Both the position numbers and the translations under genes were made by a program. Positions 46,368 to 55,393 of a stretch of DNA of 64,000 bases are shown in pieces. How positions within the stretch are numbered: the stretch's first letter is position 1; each line of letters begins with the position of its first letter. The notes below the pieces were generated by a model that was given only the letters and a program-made list of their open reading frames with translations, made no database searches and was not told the DNA's origin. The stretch is taken from assembly GCA_052173655.1 (NCBI GenBank), contig JBQMYD010000003.1, positions 71,206 to 135,205 on the forward strand. The letters are read 5' to 3'. The stretch comes from Treponemataceae bacterium. Lineage in GTDB: Bacteria; Spirochaetota; Spirochaetia; Treponematales; Treponemataceae.

Positions 46368-49300
46368 ATGAAACGATCAGAGATTCCTGCTATCTTTATT
46401 GGCAGTTTGTTATTAATACTAGCCGCTTTTTTTACAGATTCCATACTAGTGCAATTTTTTGGACTGGGAATTAATCCTCACACTTTTGTTATTTTTCACA
46501 TTGGTGAAATTTTATCCGTTGTTTACGGATTTTCCTCCATTCTAATTCCAATTTTTTTGTTTATTTCGGCAATCGTTTTTTTTCTGCCTAATTTTAACGA
46601 AAAAAAAGCTGTTATTTTAGGAAGCTCTCTATTCCCATTTTTTACCTGTGTAGTTACAGAAAAAATTTTACAAAAAATTCTTCCAAATTCAACGGAACCT
46701 GTTTTTATTCTAAAAATCTGTGCAGGAATTTTATTAAGCACTTTATTAATTGCAATAGAATATTTGTGTATAATTATAATTTTTGATTCCGTAAAAAATA
46801 TTAAATTAAAAAAAAATAAAGCAGAAAATAACAAAATTTTAGAGCCGAACAATTCTTTGCAAACCGAACAACCTTTAGAAACGAAAAATTCGGAAAAAGA
46901 AGAAATTACAGAAGTCGAAAAATCATCAGAAACGGAAAAAAATGATGAATTGCAAAATTCTATTCCGACAAAAAAAAACACTGAACAGCCAACCGGTGAA
47001 GACCCTAAAATATTTTCTGAATCGAAAGCTGAAATTATAAAAAATCCTCAAAGTATATTTGATATCCAAGACAATAAAAATCCTACAACACCTTTTGCTT
47101 CTGCACTTGAAAAAATTAAAGAAGTCGAAGAAAAATCGGAATATCCGGTTAGCAATATTGATGAAAAAAAAATTGAAACCAAAACCAACTATGACAGCGG
47201 CTCTGACCCCATAAGGGTTACATTCAGCAAAGAAGAATTTGAAGCACTTACAGAAGGACTTGAAAGCGATATTTCTATGGAAAATGAAAGTGAATCAAAA
47301 TTTCTTGAAAATCCTTTTGCAGAAGATGATGAGGACAAAGACAAAGATTTTGAGCAAAAGAGTGAGTCCCAATCGTTTATGCCGAGTTCCACATCTTTTA
47401 TTCCGACATCAAAATCCACATCTTCAGGTTCAACATCCGAAAATTTTGAAAAAATTGAACAGAAAAATTCGACTTTAGAACCTAGACCTTTAAAATATGA
47501 CAAACATTTAGGAGAAGAAAATTTTATAAATTCGGATGAAACCGAACAGAAAAAAATGAATGAAGAAATTCCTCTTATGAAAGTTCAGCTCGGAGAAAAC
47601 GAAGATGAAGACGAGAATGAGGAAAATGAGTTTACTACAAATTTTGATGAAGACTCCGACAATTTTGATTTAAAAAGCGATGAAGACAGCACCCCAACGA
47701 ATACCATTATGGATCCTCTTTTTGTATGCGATAATGTTGAAGAAAGTTTAGAAAAAAAAGATTCTGATAATGAAAATACGGAAAAAAAAACTGAAAATAC
47801 TGAAGACAAAGAATTTTTTTTTGAAAACGATGACGACTATGATGATATAGACGAAAGTTTTGATTCTTCAGATAGTTTTGAAAAAAAACAAAGTTTCCTT
47901 GAAGATGAAACCGAATATGATTGTACACAATCCGATTGCACACAAAACAAAGCAGGTTCTGTAAATTCAATTCCAAATTCTGCAAATTCAATTTCAAAAA
48001 GTTGGAGAGGAAAAAACTATTTTGTTCCATCAGACAAACTTTTAACAGAATACCCTAACGGAGAATATTGGATCATCGATGAAGAAACAAAAAAGCAATC
48101 TTTAAAACTAAAAGAAATTCTTAGTCAGTTTAAAATAGATGCAGAAGTAACAGGAATAAAAAAAGGACCTGTAATTACAATGTTTGAATTAGTACCTGCA
48201 CCCGGCGTAAAACTTAGTAAAATAGTAGCACTGTCAGATAATATTGCATTGGGACTTGCTGCAAGCAGTGTAAGAATCGTAGCCCCTATTCCCGGCAAAA
48301 GTGCAGTCGGCATTGAAATTCCGAACAAAGAACGGGCAATCGTAAGTTTTAAAGAACTCATTGATACGGAAAGTTCAGCTTTTAAAAAAATGTCAATACC
48401 GGTTGTTTTGGGCAAAGATATCACAGGAGGTGCTCAGCTTTTAGACATTGCAAAAACACCGCACCTTTTAATCGCAGGTTCTACAGGCTCAGGAAAATCC
48501 GTTTGCGTAAATTCTCTGATTCTTTCGATTTTATATAAACGCTCACCTCAAGAAGTAAAATTAATTTTAATTGATCCAAAAGTTGTAGAACTAAAGCTTT
48601 ATAACGATATTCCACATCTTTTAACCCCGGTAATTACAGAACCAAAAAGAGCATTTCAATCTCTTCAATACTGTCTTTGCGAAATGGAACGTCGCTATGC
48701 ATGTCTTGACGGAATGGGAGTTCGCGATATTTCCAGTTACAACCGAAGAATTATAGAACGTAACATTGCTACTGAAAAACTCCCACATATTGTAGTTGTA
48801 ATAGATGAATTTGCCGATCTTATGGCAACAACAGGCAAAGAACTTGAAAGCACAATTGCAAGACTTGCTGCAATGAGCCGTGCAGTTGGCATACATCTTG
48901 TTCTTGCAACACAAAGACCTTCTATAGATGTAATTACCGGACTTATCAAGGCAAATATTCCAAGTAGAATCGCATTTATGGTAGCAAGCAAAATGGACAG
49001 CCGAATCATTATAGATCAGGTAGGAGCAGATAAACTACTGGGAAAAGGCGACATGCTTTACGTAAATTCAACCGACCCTTTTCCGATAAGAATTCAAGGA
49101 ACTTATGTCAGCGATAATGATGTTGAAAATGTAGTTGAATATGTAAAACAATACGGAGAACCGGAGTACATAGATGAAGAAATCTTTGTTGACGATGATG
49201 ATGATTTTGAAAATTCAGACAGTTTGTTTACAGCAGAAGGAGAAGACCCTCTGTATAATCAAGCCCTTGAAATTGTAATTCAATCCGGAAAAGCAAGTGC

Positions 49301-49430
49301 ATCCTACTTACAGCGAAGACTGAAAATAGGATACAACAGAGCCGCAAGGCTTATAGAAGACATGGAACAAAGAGGTATCGTAGGGCCTGCAAACGGTAGC
49401 AAGGCTAGAGAGATAATCCATATTCCATGA
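46368..49430 (+). CDS. ftsK: DNA translocase FtsK/SpoIIIE
   Basis: Has N-terminal TM helices and a long acidic low-complexity linker. The motor domain carries Walker A (AGSTGSGKS) and Walker B (VVVIDEFADL), and is followed by a C-terminal gamma wHTH (ASASYLQRRLKIGYNRAARLIEDME). Confidence 0.95.
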   Translation: MKRSEIPAIFIGSLLLILAAFFTDSILVQFFGLGINPHTFVIFHIGEILSVVYGFSSILIPIFLFISAIVFFLPNFNEKKAVILGSSLFPFFTCVVTEKILQKILPNSTEPVFILKICAGILLSTLLIAIEYLCIIIIFDSVKNIKLKKNKAENNKILEPNNSLQTEQPLETKNSEKEEITEVEKSSETEKNDELQNSIPTKKNTEQPTGEDPKIFSESKAEIIKNPQSIFDIQDNKNPTTPFASALEKIKEVEEKSEYPVSNIDEKKIETKTNYDSGSDPIRVTFSKEEFEALTEGLESDISMENESESKFLENPFAEDDEDKDKDFEQKSESQSFMPSSTSFIPTSKSTSSGSTSENFEKIEQKNSTLEPRPLKYDKHLGEENFINSDETEQKKMNEEIPLMKVQLGENEDEDENEENEFTTNFDEDSDNFDLKSDEDSTPTNTIMDPLFVCDNVEESLEKKDSDNENTEKKTENTEDKEFFFENDDDYDDIDESFDSSDSFEKKQSFLEDETEYDCTQSDCTQNKAGSVNSIPNSANSISKSWRGKNYFVPSDKLLTEYPNGEYWIIDEETKKQSLKLKEILSQFKIDAEVTGIKKGPVITMFELVPAPGVKLSKIVALSDNIALGLAASSVRIVAPIPGKSAVGIEIPNKERAIVSFKELIDTESSAFKKMSIPVVLGKDITGGAQLLDIAKTPHLLIAGSTGSGKSVCVNSLILSILYKRSPQEVKLILIDPKVVELKLYNDIPHLLTPVITEPKRAFQSLQYCLCEMERRYACLDGMGVRDISSYNRRIIERNIATEKLPHIVVVIDEFADLMATTGKELESTIARLAAMSRAVGIHLVLATQRPSIDVITGLIKANIPSRIAFMVASKMDSRIIIDQVGADKLLGKGDMLYVNSTDPFPIRIQGTYVSDNDVENVVEYVKQYGEPEYIDEEIFVDDDDDFENSDSLFTAEGEDPLYNQALEIVIQSGKASASYLQRRLKIGYNRAARLIEDMEQRGIVGPANGSKAREIIHIP

Positions 49431-49436
49431 TTAATT

Positions 49437-50642
49437 CTATATTTTTAATTTTCGTATTACACTCTCAAAACGAGCTTTATCAAAAATAACAGGAACAGGA
49501 TACAACGGATTTGCTTCTCTATCAGCCCATGTTGCCATTTTTGGAATATCCTGATCTTGAATTTCGGAAAATCCCTTAGGAATATCCATAGACTCATTCA
49601 TTTTGTAGATTGCATTGATAAATGCATCTGCCTTTGATTTTTCATCCTTTTCAGAACAAATACCTATTAAATCTGCCATACATGCAAGATCTTTATCTAT
49701 TTTAGGGCGGTATTCTTCAAGAACTTTAGGAAGAATTACAGCATTAGCAAGTCCATGTTGAATATGATAAAGACCTCCCAAAGTGTGTGCAATTGCATGC
49801 ACATTACCTACACAACTTGTAGTAAAAGCAAGGCCTGCCTGATAAGAAGCTTCAAGCATTTTTTGACGAGCTTCAATATTGCTTCCATCATCGTAAGCCT
49901 TTTTTAGATATGAAAAAATATTTTTTATAGCAAATTCACTTTGACTTTTTGTATTTTTTTTGTAGTACATCTTGTTCAGGTATGCCTCAACTGCATGTGT
50001 AAGAGCGTCCATTCCGGTATAGGCAGTAAGTTTTTGAGGAAGAGAAACAGTCAAAACAGAATCTAAAACCGCCATTGAAGGAAGTAAAACAGGGTCATTT
50101 ACAGCATATTTTCTTCCGATTGAATCATCAGTTACAACAGCAGCAACGGTACACTCAGAACCGGTTCCGGCAGTTGTAGGAACCGCAATAAAATAAGGGA
50201 TTTTTTTGTTTACTTTCATAATTCCACCAAGATCTTTTAAATCTTTTCCGGGTTTTACTGTTAAAGCACACATTGCCTTTGCAGCATCTATATTAGAACC
50301 TCCGCCTACAGCAACACAACAATCACACTTGTTTTCCATAAAAATTTTTGACATTTGAGTAATTTGACTTACTGTAGGATCAGGTTTTACTTCGTTAAAG
50401 ATTGTATACTGAACAAAATTTTCTTTTAATTTTTTTTCAAACTCAATAAAAAAATCCGTTTTAGAAACTCTTGCTCCACTAACTATCATAGGATTTTTTA
50501 AACCTTTATTTTTTATCACTAAAGGCAATTCTTGAAACTTATCTTTACCTATCAAAGTTTCCTGCTTATTTTCTTTTAGAAGTTTTATTATAATTGCGAA
50601 AACTCCCTGAAAAATTCTACATCCCATTTTTTTTACACTCAT
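49437..50642 (-). CDS. Iron-containing (group III) alcohol dehydrogenase
   Basis: Has the motifs VAVGGGSNIDAAKA, PTTAGTGSE and the His-rich metal site (GNVHAIAHTLGGLYHIQHGLANA). Confidence 0.88.
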   Translation of the reverse strand: MSVKKMGCRIFQGVFAIIIKLLKENKQETLIGKDKFQELPLVIKNKGLKNPMIVSGARVSKTDFFIEFEKKLKENFVQYTIFNEVKPDPTVSQITQMSKIFMENKCDCCVAVGGGSNIDAAKAMCALTVKPGKDLKDLGGIMKVNKKIPYFIAVPTTAGTGSECTVAAVVTDDSIGRKYAVNDPVLLPSMAVLDSVLTVSLPQKLTAYTGMDALTHAVEAYLNKMYYKKNTKSQSEFAIKNIFSYLKKAYDDGSNIEARQKMLEASYQAGLAFTTSCVGNVHAIAHTLGGLYHIQHGLANAVILPKVLEEYRPKIDKDLACMADLIGICSEKDEKSKADAFINAIYKMNESMDIPKGFSEIQDQDIPKMATWADREANPLYPVPVIFDKARFESVIRKLKI

Positions 50643-50681
50643 TTTTTTCTCCGTATGTTTTTATATATTATTTTAATAATT

Positions 50682-51446
50682 TTAATTTTTTAAAGCATAG
50701 AATATTACAGAAGCAGCCTGAGCTACATTCAAACTATCCAATCCATCTATATTTTCCCCTCTTGGAATAGAAACAAGATAGTCGCAGTTTTCTTTTACCT
50801 CACGGGAAATACCCGATTCTTCGTTTCCTAAAACAATAACAAAAGATTTTCCGTTGGCATTTTTTATAATTTCTTTCATTTTGCCTACAGGTGTTTTACT
50901 TTTTACATCAGTACCGAAACGAATCATTTTATCTTTCATAAGGGCAAGAAATGAAGCTGAAGAATCTACCGTAAAAACATTTACACTTTCCATTCCACCT
51001 TGAGCAACTCTATAAGTACTCGTGGTTATTGAAGACTGAGCTTCATCTTTGGGAATGATAATATTTTTTATACCAAAAAATGCTGCACTCCTGGCAATCG
51101 CACCAAGATTGTTTGCATTTCCCACCCTATCCATAAGAACGGCACATTCTTTTTCATGCAACCACTGTAAAGTTATCTTTGAATTCAGCTCAGGAATTTG
51201 AGGTTCTTCAATCATGGCTACAACTCCTTGATGATGAACCGAACCGCAAAGCTTTTCCAAATCCTTTGAATCTACCTGATTATAAGGAACTCTTTGGGCT
51301 GCAAGTTTTTTACATAAATCTCTAAACTGCACCGCCCTTTCAAAAGAAAAATAAAATCGCCTGATTACGTGCAGATGTTTTTTTTCAAGAGCTTTTACAG
51401 CTGCAAAACCGCATACCGCAAGTTCCTTTTTTTGCTTATTTTTCAT
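50682..51446 (-). CDS. TrmH/SpoU-family RNA 2'-O-methyltransferase (RlmB-like)
   Basis: Carries the SPOUT motifs (GNANNLGAIARSAAFFG, VLGNEESGIS, IP....DSLNVAQAASV). The likely start, MKNKQKK at 51446, overlaps the end of the upstream gene by 11 nt. Confidence 0.85.
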   Translation of the reverse strand: MKNKQKKELAVCGFAAVKALEKKHLHVIRRFYFSFERAVQFRDLCKKLAAQRVPYNQVDSKDLEKLCGSVHHQGVVAMIEEPQIPELNSKITLQWLHEKECAVLMDRVGNANNLGAIARSAAFFGIKNIIIPKDEAQSSITTSTYRVAQGGMESVNVFTVDSSASFLALMKDKMIRFGTDVKSKTPVGKMKEIIKNANGKSFVIVLGNEESGISREVKENCDYLVSIPRGENIDGLDSLNVAQAASVIFYALKN

Positions 51447-52068
51447 CTTTTTCAGCTCCGAATTCTCCGTCGGAGTTTTCGGGATTCTCACTTGCAACAT
51501 TAGGAACTTCCTCGGAATAAACCACAAGAGGACGAGATTTTAATTCGACAACTAAAAAAGCAACTCCTAAAAGCATCACCAAAGCTCCGATGATTCTAAC
51601 AATAATCTCGCCTATTTTTGCAGGCACAATAAAAAGAATCACTGCCATTATAAGAGAAGCCAAAATTTCTGAAACATAAGGTTTTGTAGCAATTCCGCTA
51701 TTTTTAAGTTTTGTAATGGCATACAATTCCATAGCAGATGTTATTACAAGATAAACTGCAAGACAATACATCATGACAGTCCAAATACCGGATGCAGTTT
51801 TAGTAAAAATCGCCGGCAAAAGAACCGCCAAAAGCCCCACAATTATACTTACAAATGCCCGTATTGTAATGAGCATGTGATATTCAGGATTGGCAATAAG
51901 TGTTCTTACTTTTACAACATTAAATATTCCATTTGCTATTGAAGCAAGTCCTATAAGAATTACAATAGCTTTAAAACACTGTCCTGGAATAATTAAAATC
52001 AAAAGTCCGACTATTATTGCTAAAATTGAAAGAACTATGTTTGTTTTTTTTATACCTGCGTTATTCAT
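51436..52068 (-). CDS. HdeD-family (DUF308) membrane protein
   Basis: Has six TM helices with a repeated (G/A)..I..G(I/L) pattern and an acidic C-terminal tail. Confidence 0.65.
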   Translation of the reverse strand: MNNAGIKKTNIVLSILAIIVGLLILIIPGQCFKAIVILIGLASIANGIFNVVKVRTLIANPEYHMLITIRAFVSIIVGLLAVLLPAIFTKTASGIWTVMMYCLAVYLVITSAMELYAITKLKNSGIATKPYVSEILASLIMAVILFIVPAKIGEIIVRIIGALVMLLGVAFLVVELKSRPLVVYSEEVPNVASENPENSDGEFGAEKDEK

Positions 52069-52164
52069 AAAAACCTCTAGACAAAATTTATAATTAAAAA
52101 TGTTTACCTACACCGACCCTAAATTATATACTAATTTCATCAGATTTGCTATATAATTCCTAAA

Positions 52165-52842
52165 ATGTGCGAAAAAAGCAATGAAGAATTTTCAAAATGT
52201 TACAACTGTTTTAGACCTAAAAAAAGCTGTTATTGCAAATACATAAAAAACTTTGACAGCGGAATAAAATTTTTAATCCTAATGCATCCGAAAGAAGCAT
52301 ATAAACAAAAAACAGGAACAGGAAGACTTGCCCACCTTTCTTTAAAAGATTCTGAAATTCTCATAGGAATAGATTTTTCAAAAGATCAAAGACTTTCAGA
52401 ATTACTCAATGATTCTCAATACTTTCCGGTTTTACTTTACCCGGATAAAAATGCATGGAAAGCGGAAAATCCGGAATTAAAAAATTCTATTTTGAATACC
52501 AACTTTAGAAAAAAACTTTTAGTAATAGTGGTAGATGCAACTTGGTTTTGTGCAAAAAAAATGGTAAGGCTGAACAGCTTTCTGCACTCTATCCCAAAAA
52601 TTTCTTTTATCAATAAATATAAAAGCCAATTTACCTTTAAACATCAACCAGAAGAAGAATGCCTGTCTTCAATAGAAAGCATTTACTATTTGATAAAAGA
52701 GCTCCAAACTACCGGAATTGCAAATGAATGTGATCCCGAACCTCTTATAAAAATTTTTAAATACATGGTTAATTTTCAAATTGACAGCATGGAAAAAAGA
52801 ATTGAAAACGGAATTCCAAACCGCTACCACAAGAAAAAATAA
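52165..52842 (+). CDS. DTW-domain protein (tRNA-uridine aminocarboxypropyltransferase family)
   Basis: Has an N-terminal Cys cluster (CYNCFRPKKSCYCKY) and a DTW motif (VVDATWFCAKKM). Confidence 0.8.
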   Translation: MCEKSNEEFSKCYNCFRPKKSCYCKYIKNFDSGIKFLILMHPKEAYKQKTGTGRLAHLSLKDSEILIGIDFSKDQRLSELLNDSQYFPVLLYPDKNAWKAENPELKNSILNTNFRKKLLVIVVDATWFCAKKMVRLNSFLHSIPKISFINKYKSQFTFKHQPEEECLSSIESIYYLIKELQTTGIANECDPEPLIKIFKYMVNFQIDSMEKRIENGIPNRYHKKK

Positions 52843-52913
52843 AAAGATGTCATTAAAACCACTCCGGTGCCTTTCATCTTGTAAATAAAAAATATTTTTC
52901 GTACACTGAAAAT

Positions 52914-53600
52914 ATGGAACAATATAAAAAAGATTTTATTAATTTTATGATTGAATGTGAAGTTTTAAAATTCGGATCGTTCACGTTAAAAAGCGGACGT
53001 ATTTCGCCTTTTTTTATGAATGCAGGAGCTTACATTACGGGGAAACAACTCTTACTTTTAGGCGAATTTTATGCACAGGCAATTCATGCACACTTTGGAG
53101 ATGAGTTTGATGTACTTTTTGGACCTGCATACAAAGGAATTCCTCTAGCGGTTGCAACAACAATGGCATATTCAAAACTCTACGGAAAAGAAATAAAATA
53201 TTGCTCTGACAGGAAAGAAGAAAAAGATCATGGTGCCGACAAAGGAGCTTTACTCGGCTATAAAATAAAAGATGGAGATCGTGTTATCATTATTGAAGAC
53301 GTAACAACAAGCGGAAAATCCATTGAAGAAACCTTTCCAAAAATAAAAGCACAAGAAACCTCTTCCGGAAAAATAGAAGTCATAGGAGAAATAGTCAGCT
53401 TGGATAGACAGGAGAAAGCCCTAAACACAGACAAAGCTGCACTAAAAGTAATAAGTGAAAAATACGGTTTTCCGGCAAAAGCAATTGTTACTATGAGCGA
53501 TGTTGTAGAAGTGCTATATACGTACGGAAAAAAAGACACAATAACCCAAGAAATAAAAAAAGCAATTGATTTGTATTATATGGAATACGGTGCAAAATAA
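52914..53600 (+). CDS. pyrE: Orotate phosphoribosyltransferase
   Basis: Has the motifs FGSFTLKSGRISPFFMN and GPAYKGIPLA, and the PRPP loop (VIIIEDVTTSGKS). Confidence 0.92.
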   Translation: MEQYKKDFINFMIECEVLKFGSFTLKSGRISPFFMNAGAYITGKQLLLLGEFYAQAIHAHFGDEFDVLFGPAYKGIPLAVATTMAYSKLYGKEIKYCSDRKEEKDHGADKGALLGYKIKDGDRVIIIEDVTTSGKSIEETFPKIKAQETSSGKIEVIGEIVSLDRQEKALNTDKAALKVISEKYGFPAKAIVTMSDVVEVLYTYGKKDTITQEIKKAIDLYYMEYGAK

Positions 53601-53620
53601 AAATTTAAAAACACTTTTTT

Positions 53621-53665
53621 TGTTTCACGTGTTTCACACCGGTTTTTATCCACCGGTTTTCCACA
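53621..53665 (+). promoter_or_regulatory. Cluster of four same-orientation DnaA-box-like 9-mers (function unproven)
   Basis: The four 9-mers are TGTTTCACG (53621), TGTTTCACA (53630), TTATCCACC (53646) and TTTTCCACA (53657). Compared with the relaxed consensus TTWTNCACA they have 2, 1, 1 and 0 mismatches. A perfect TTATCCACA lies at 53921-53929. The weak ACCGG/CCGGT hairpin formed by two of the boxes is an alternative reading (a pyrE terminator). Confidence 0.3.
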
Positions 53666-53953
53666 AACATCGGAATAATTTATTATTTTAGCTAAAAAAA
53701 TAAAAAAATTTGTGTCAAGTAGTAAAGTATGTTTTTTTAGCTAAAAATAAAGACAAAAAACTATAAAATCGTCTATTTATTTATAATACAACAAAATAGA
53801 AATTTTACAAAAATATAGAATAAAGATATGAAAAATCTCTATTTTACAAAAAAAATATAAAAATTTAAAATTTTTACCTAAATGCTTGTTATTTCAAGAA
53901 TAAAAACACTTTCTCACAAGTTATCCACAATCAACATGACTTGACAAAAAAAA

Positions 53954-55330
53954 TCATTTGTTTTTTGTCGCTTTTTTGTAGCCTAAAATATAACAGATAA
54001 TATGAACAAAAGATGTCAATAACCAAGAAACAGGATATGACAAGTATATTACAAAAGTATTATGCCACTTTGGAAATTGCCACACACTTGCCATCCATAA
54101 AAGACGTAATCCGCATGCACCTATAAAAGAAACCACCATAGGCATGACAGAATATCCTATTGCCCGTAAAGAACCTACCATAACTTCCATAATCCCACAA
54201 AGAGCATAGGTCGAAGTTATAATCAAAAGCCTTGTTTTTCCGGCAGCAATAACCTGTGCAGAATTTTCACCTTTTGTAAAAATACTCAAAATAGGTTCTG
54301 CAAAAAAAGTCATAAGATTTCCTAAAAGAAGACCTACAACAATAACGCATACAAGGGAAGTAAAAGTAACTTTTAAAATCAGTTTACTATTTTTTGCACC
54401 GAAGCTTTGACTACCGAATGTCATTGCAGCTTGATGAAACGCATTCATAGATATGTAAACAAAATGTTCTACATTCATTGCAGCAGAATTTCCTGCAATA
54501 GTAATAGGGCCAAAAGTATTTATACCGGATTGAATTACAACATTGCTAAAAGAAAATAACATACCTTGAAAACCTGCAGGCAATCCCATTTTTACAATTT
54601 GAATCAATTTTGTTCTGTTAATGTGCAATTTATGAAAATCAAGACGAACATAAGAACTTTCCTTTACAAGACATATAACAATACAAATTGCAGCAAAAAG
54701 CTGTGAAATTGAAGTTGCAAGCCCCACTCCTATAACTCCAAGATGAAAGCAAATTACAAAAATCAAATTAAGAACAACATTCAGAATTCCTGCAAAAAAA
54801 AGAAAAACCAGAGGTCTTCTGGTATCCCCGATTGCCCGTAAAATTGCAGCACCAAAGTTATAAACCATGATTGCGGTGATACCTAAAAAATAAAATTTTA
54901 GATAAGAAGATGCCAAAGGTAAAACCTGCGGAGGAGAATGCATCCAACTTAAAATGTATTTTGTAAAAAAAACTCCTATGATTGTCAAAAAAATTCCGCT
55001 AAAAACACTTAACAACATTGCAGTATGAACCGCATTTTCTGTTCCACGCTCATTTTTAGCTCCAAATTCCTTTGCAACAATTACATTTGCTCCAATTGAA
55101 AAACCGATAAAAAGGTTGATAATCAAATTAATCAGAGAACTTGTTGAGCCGACGGCTGCAAGGGATTCATCACCTGCAAAACGACCTACAATAACAACAT
55201 CTGCAGAATTAAACAAAAGCTGTAAAATTCCGGATCCCATTAAAGGCAAAGAAAACAAAAGAATATTTTTCAACGTTGAACCGTGAGTTATATCAATTTG
55301 ATAAGATTTTTGCATTGAAAATACCGCCAT
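53954..55330 (-). CDS. MATE-family multidrug/toxin efflux transporter
   Basis: 458 aa with 12 TM helices. The N-terminus (ILLFSLPLMGSGILQLLFNSADVVIVGRF) and the internal repeat are typical of the NorM/DinF family. Confidence 0.88.
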   Translation of the reverse strand: MAVFSMQKSYQIDITHGSTLKNILLFSLPLMGSGILQLLFNSADVVIVGRFAGDESLAAVGSTSSLINLIINLFIGFSIGANVIVAKEFGAKNERGTENAVHTAMLLSVFSGIFLTIIGVFFTKYILSWMHSPPQVLPLASSYLKFYFLGITAIMVYNFGAAILRAIGDTRRPLVFLFFAGILNVVLNLIFVICFHLGVIGVGLATSISQLFAAICIVICLVKESSYVRLDFHKLHINRTKLIQIVKMGLPAGFQGMLFSFSNVVIQSGINTFGPITIAGNSAAMNVEHFVYISMNAFHQAAMTFGSQSFGAKNSKLILKVTFTSLVCVIVVGLLLGNLMTFFAEPILSIFTKGENSAQVIAAGKTRLLIITSTYALCGIMEVMVGSLRAIGYSVMPMVVSFIGACGLRLLWMASVWQFPKWHNTFVIYLSYPVSWLLTSFVHIICYILGYKKATKNK

Positions 55331-55393
55331 GATATTTTATCACTTTGCATAAAAATAGTCGACAAACCGGGAATATAAGACTAAAATGTTAAC

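Noticed and set aside
53601-53953. Reading the AT-rich convergent spacer as a dif/XerCD terminus site, given that ftsK is nearby.
   Set aside because: I found no 28-bp element resembling the dif consensus (two 11-bp arms around a 6-bp TGTATA-like spacer). The proximity of ftsK is not informative.
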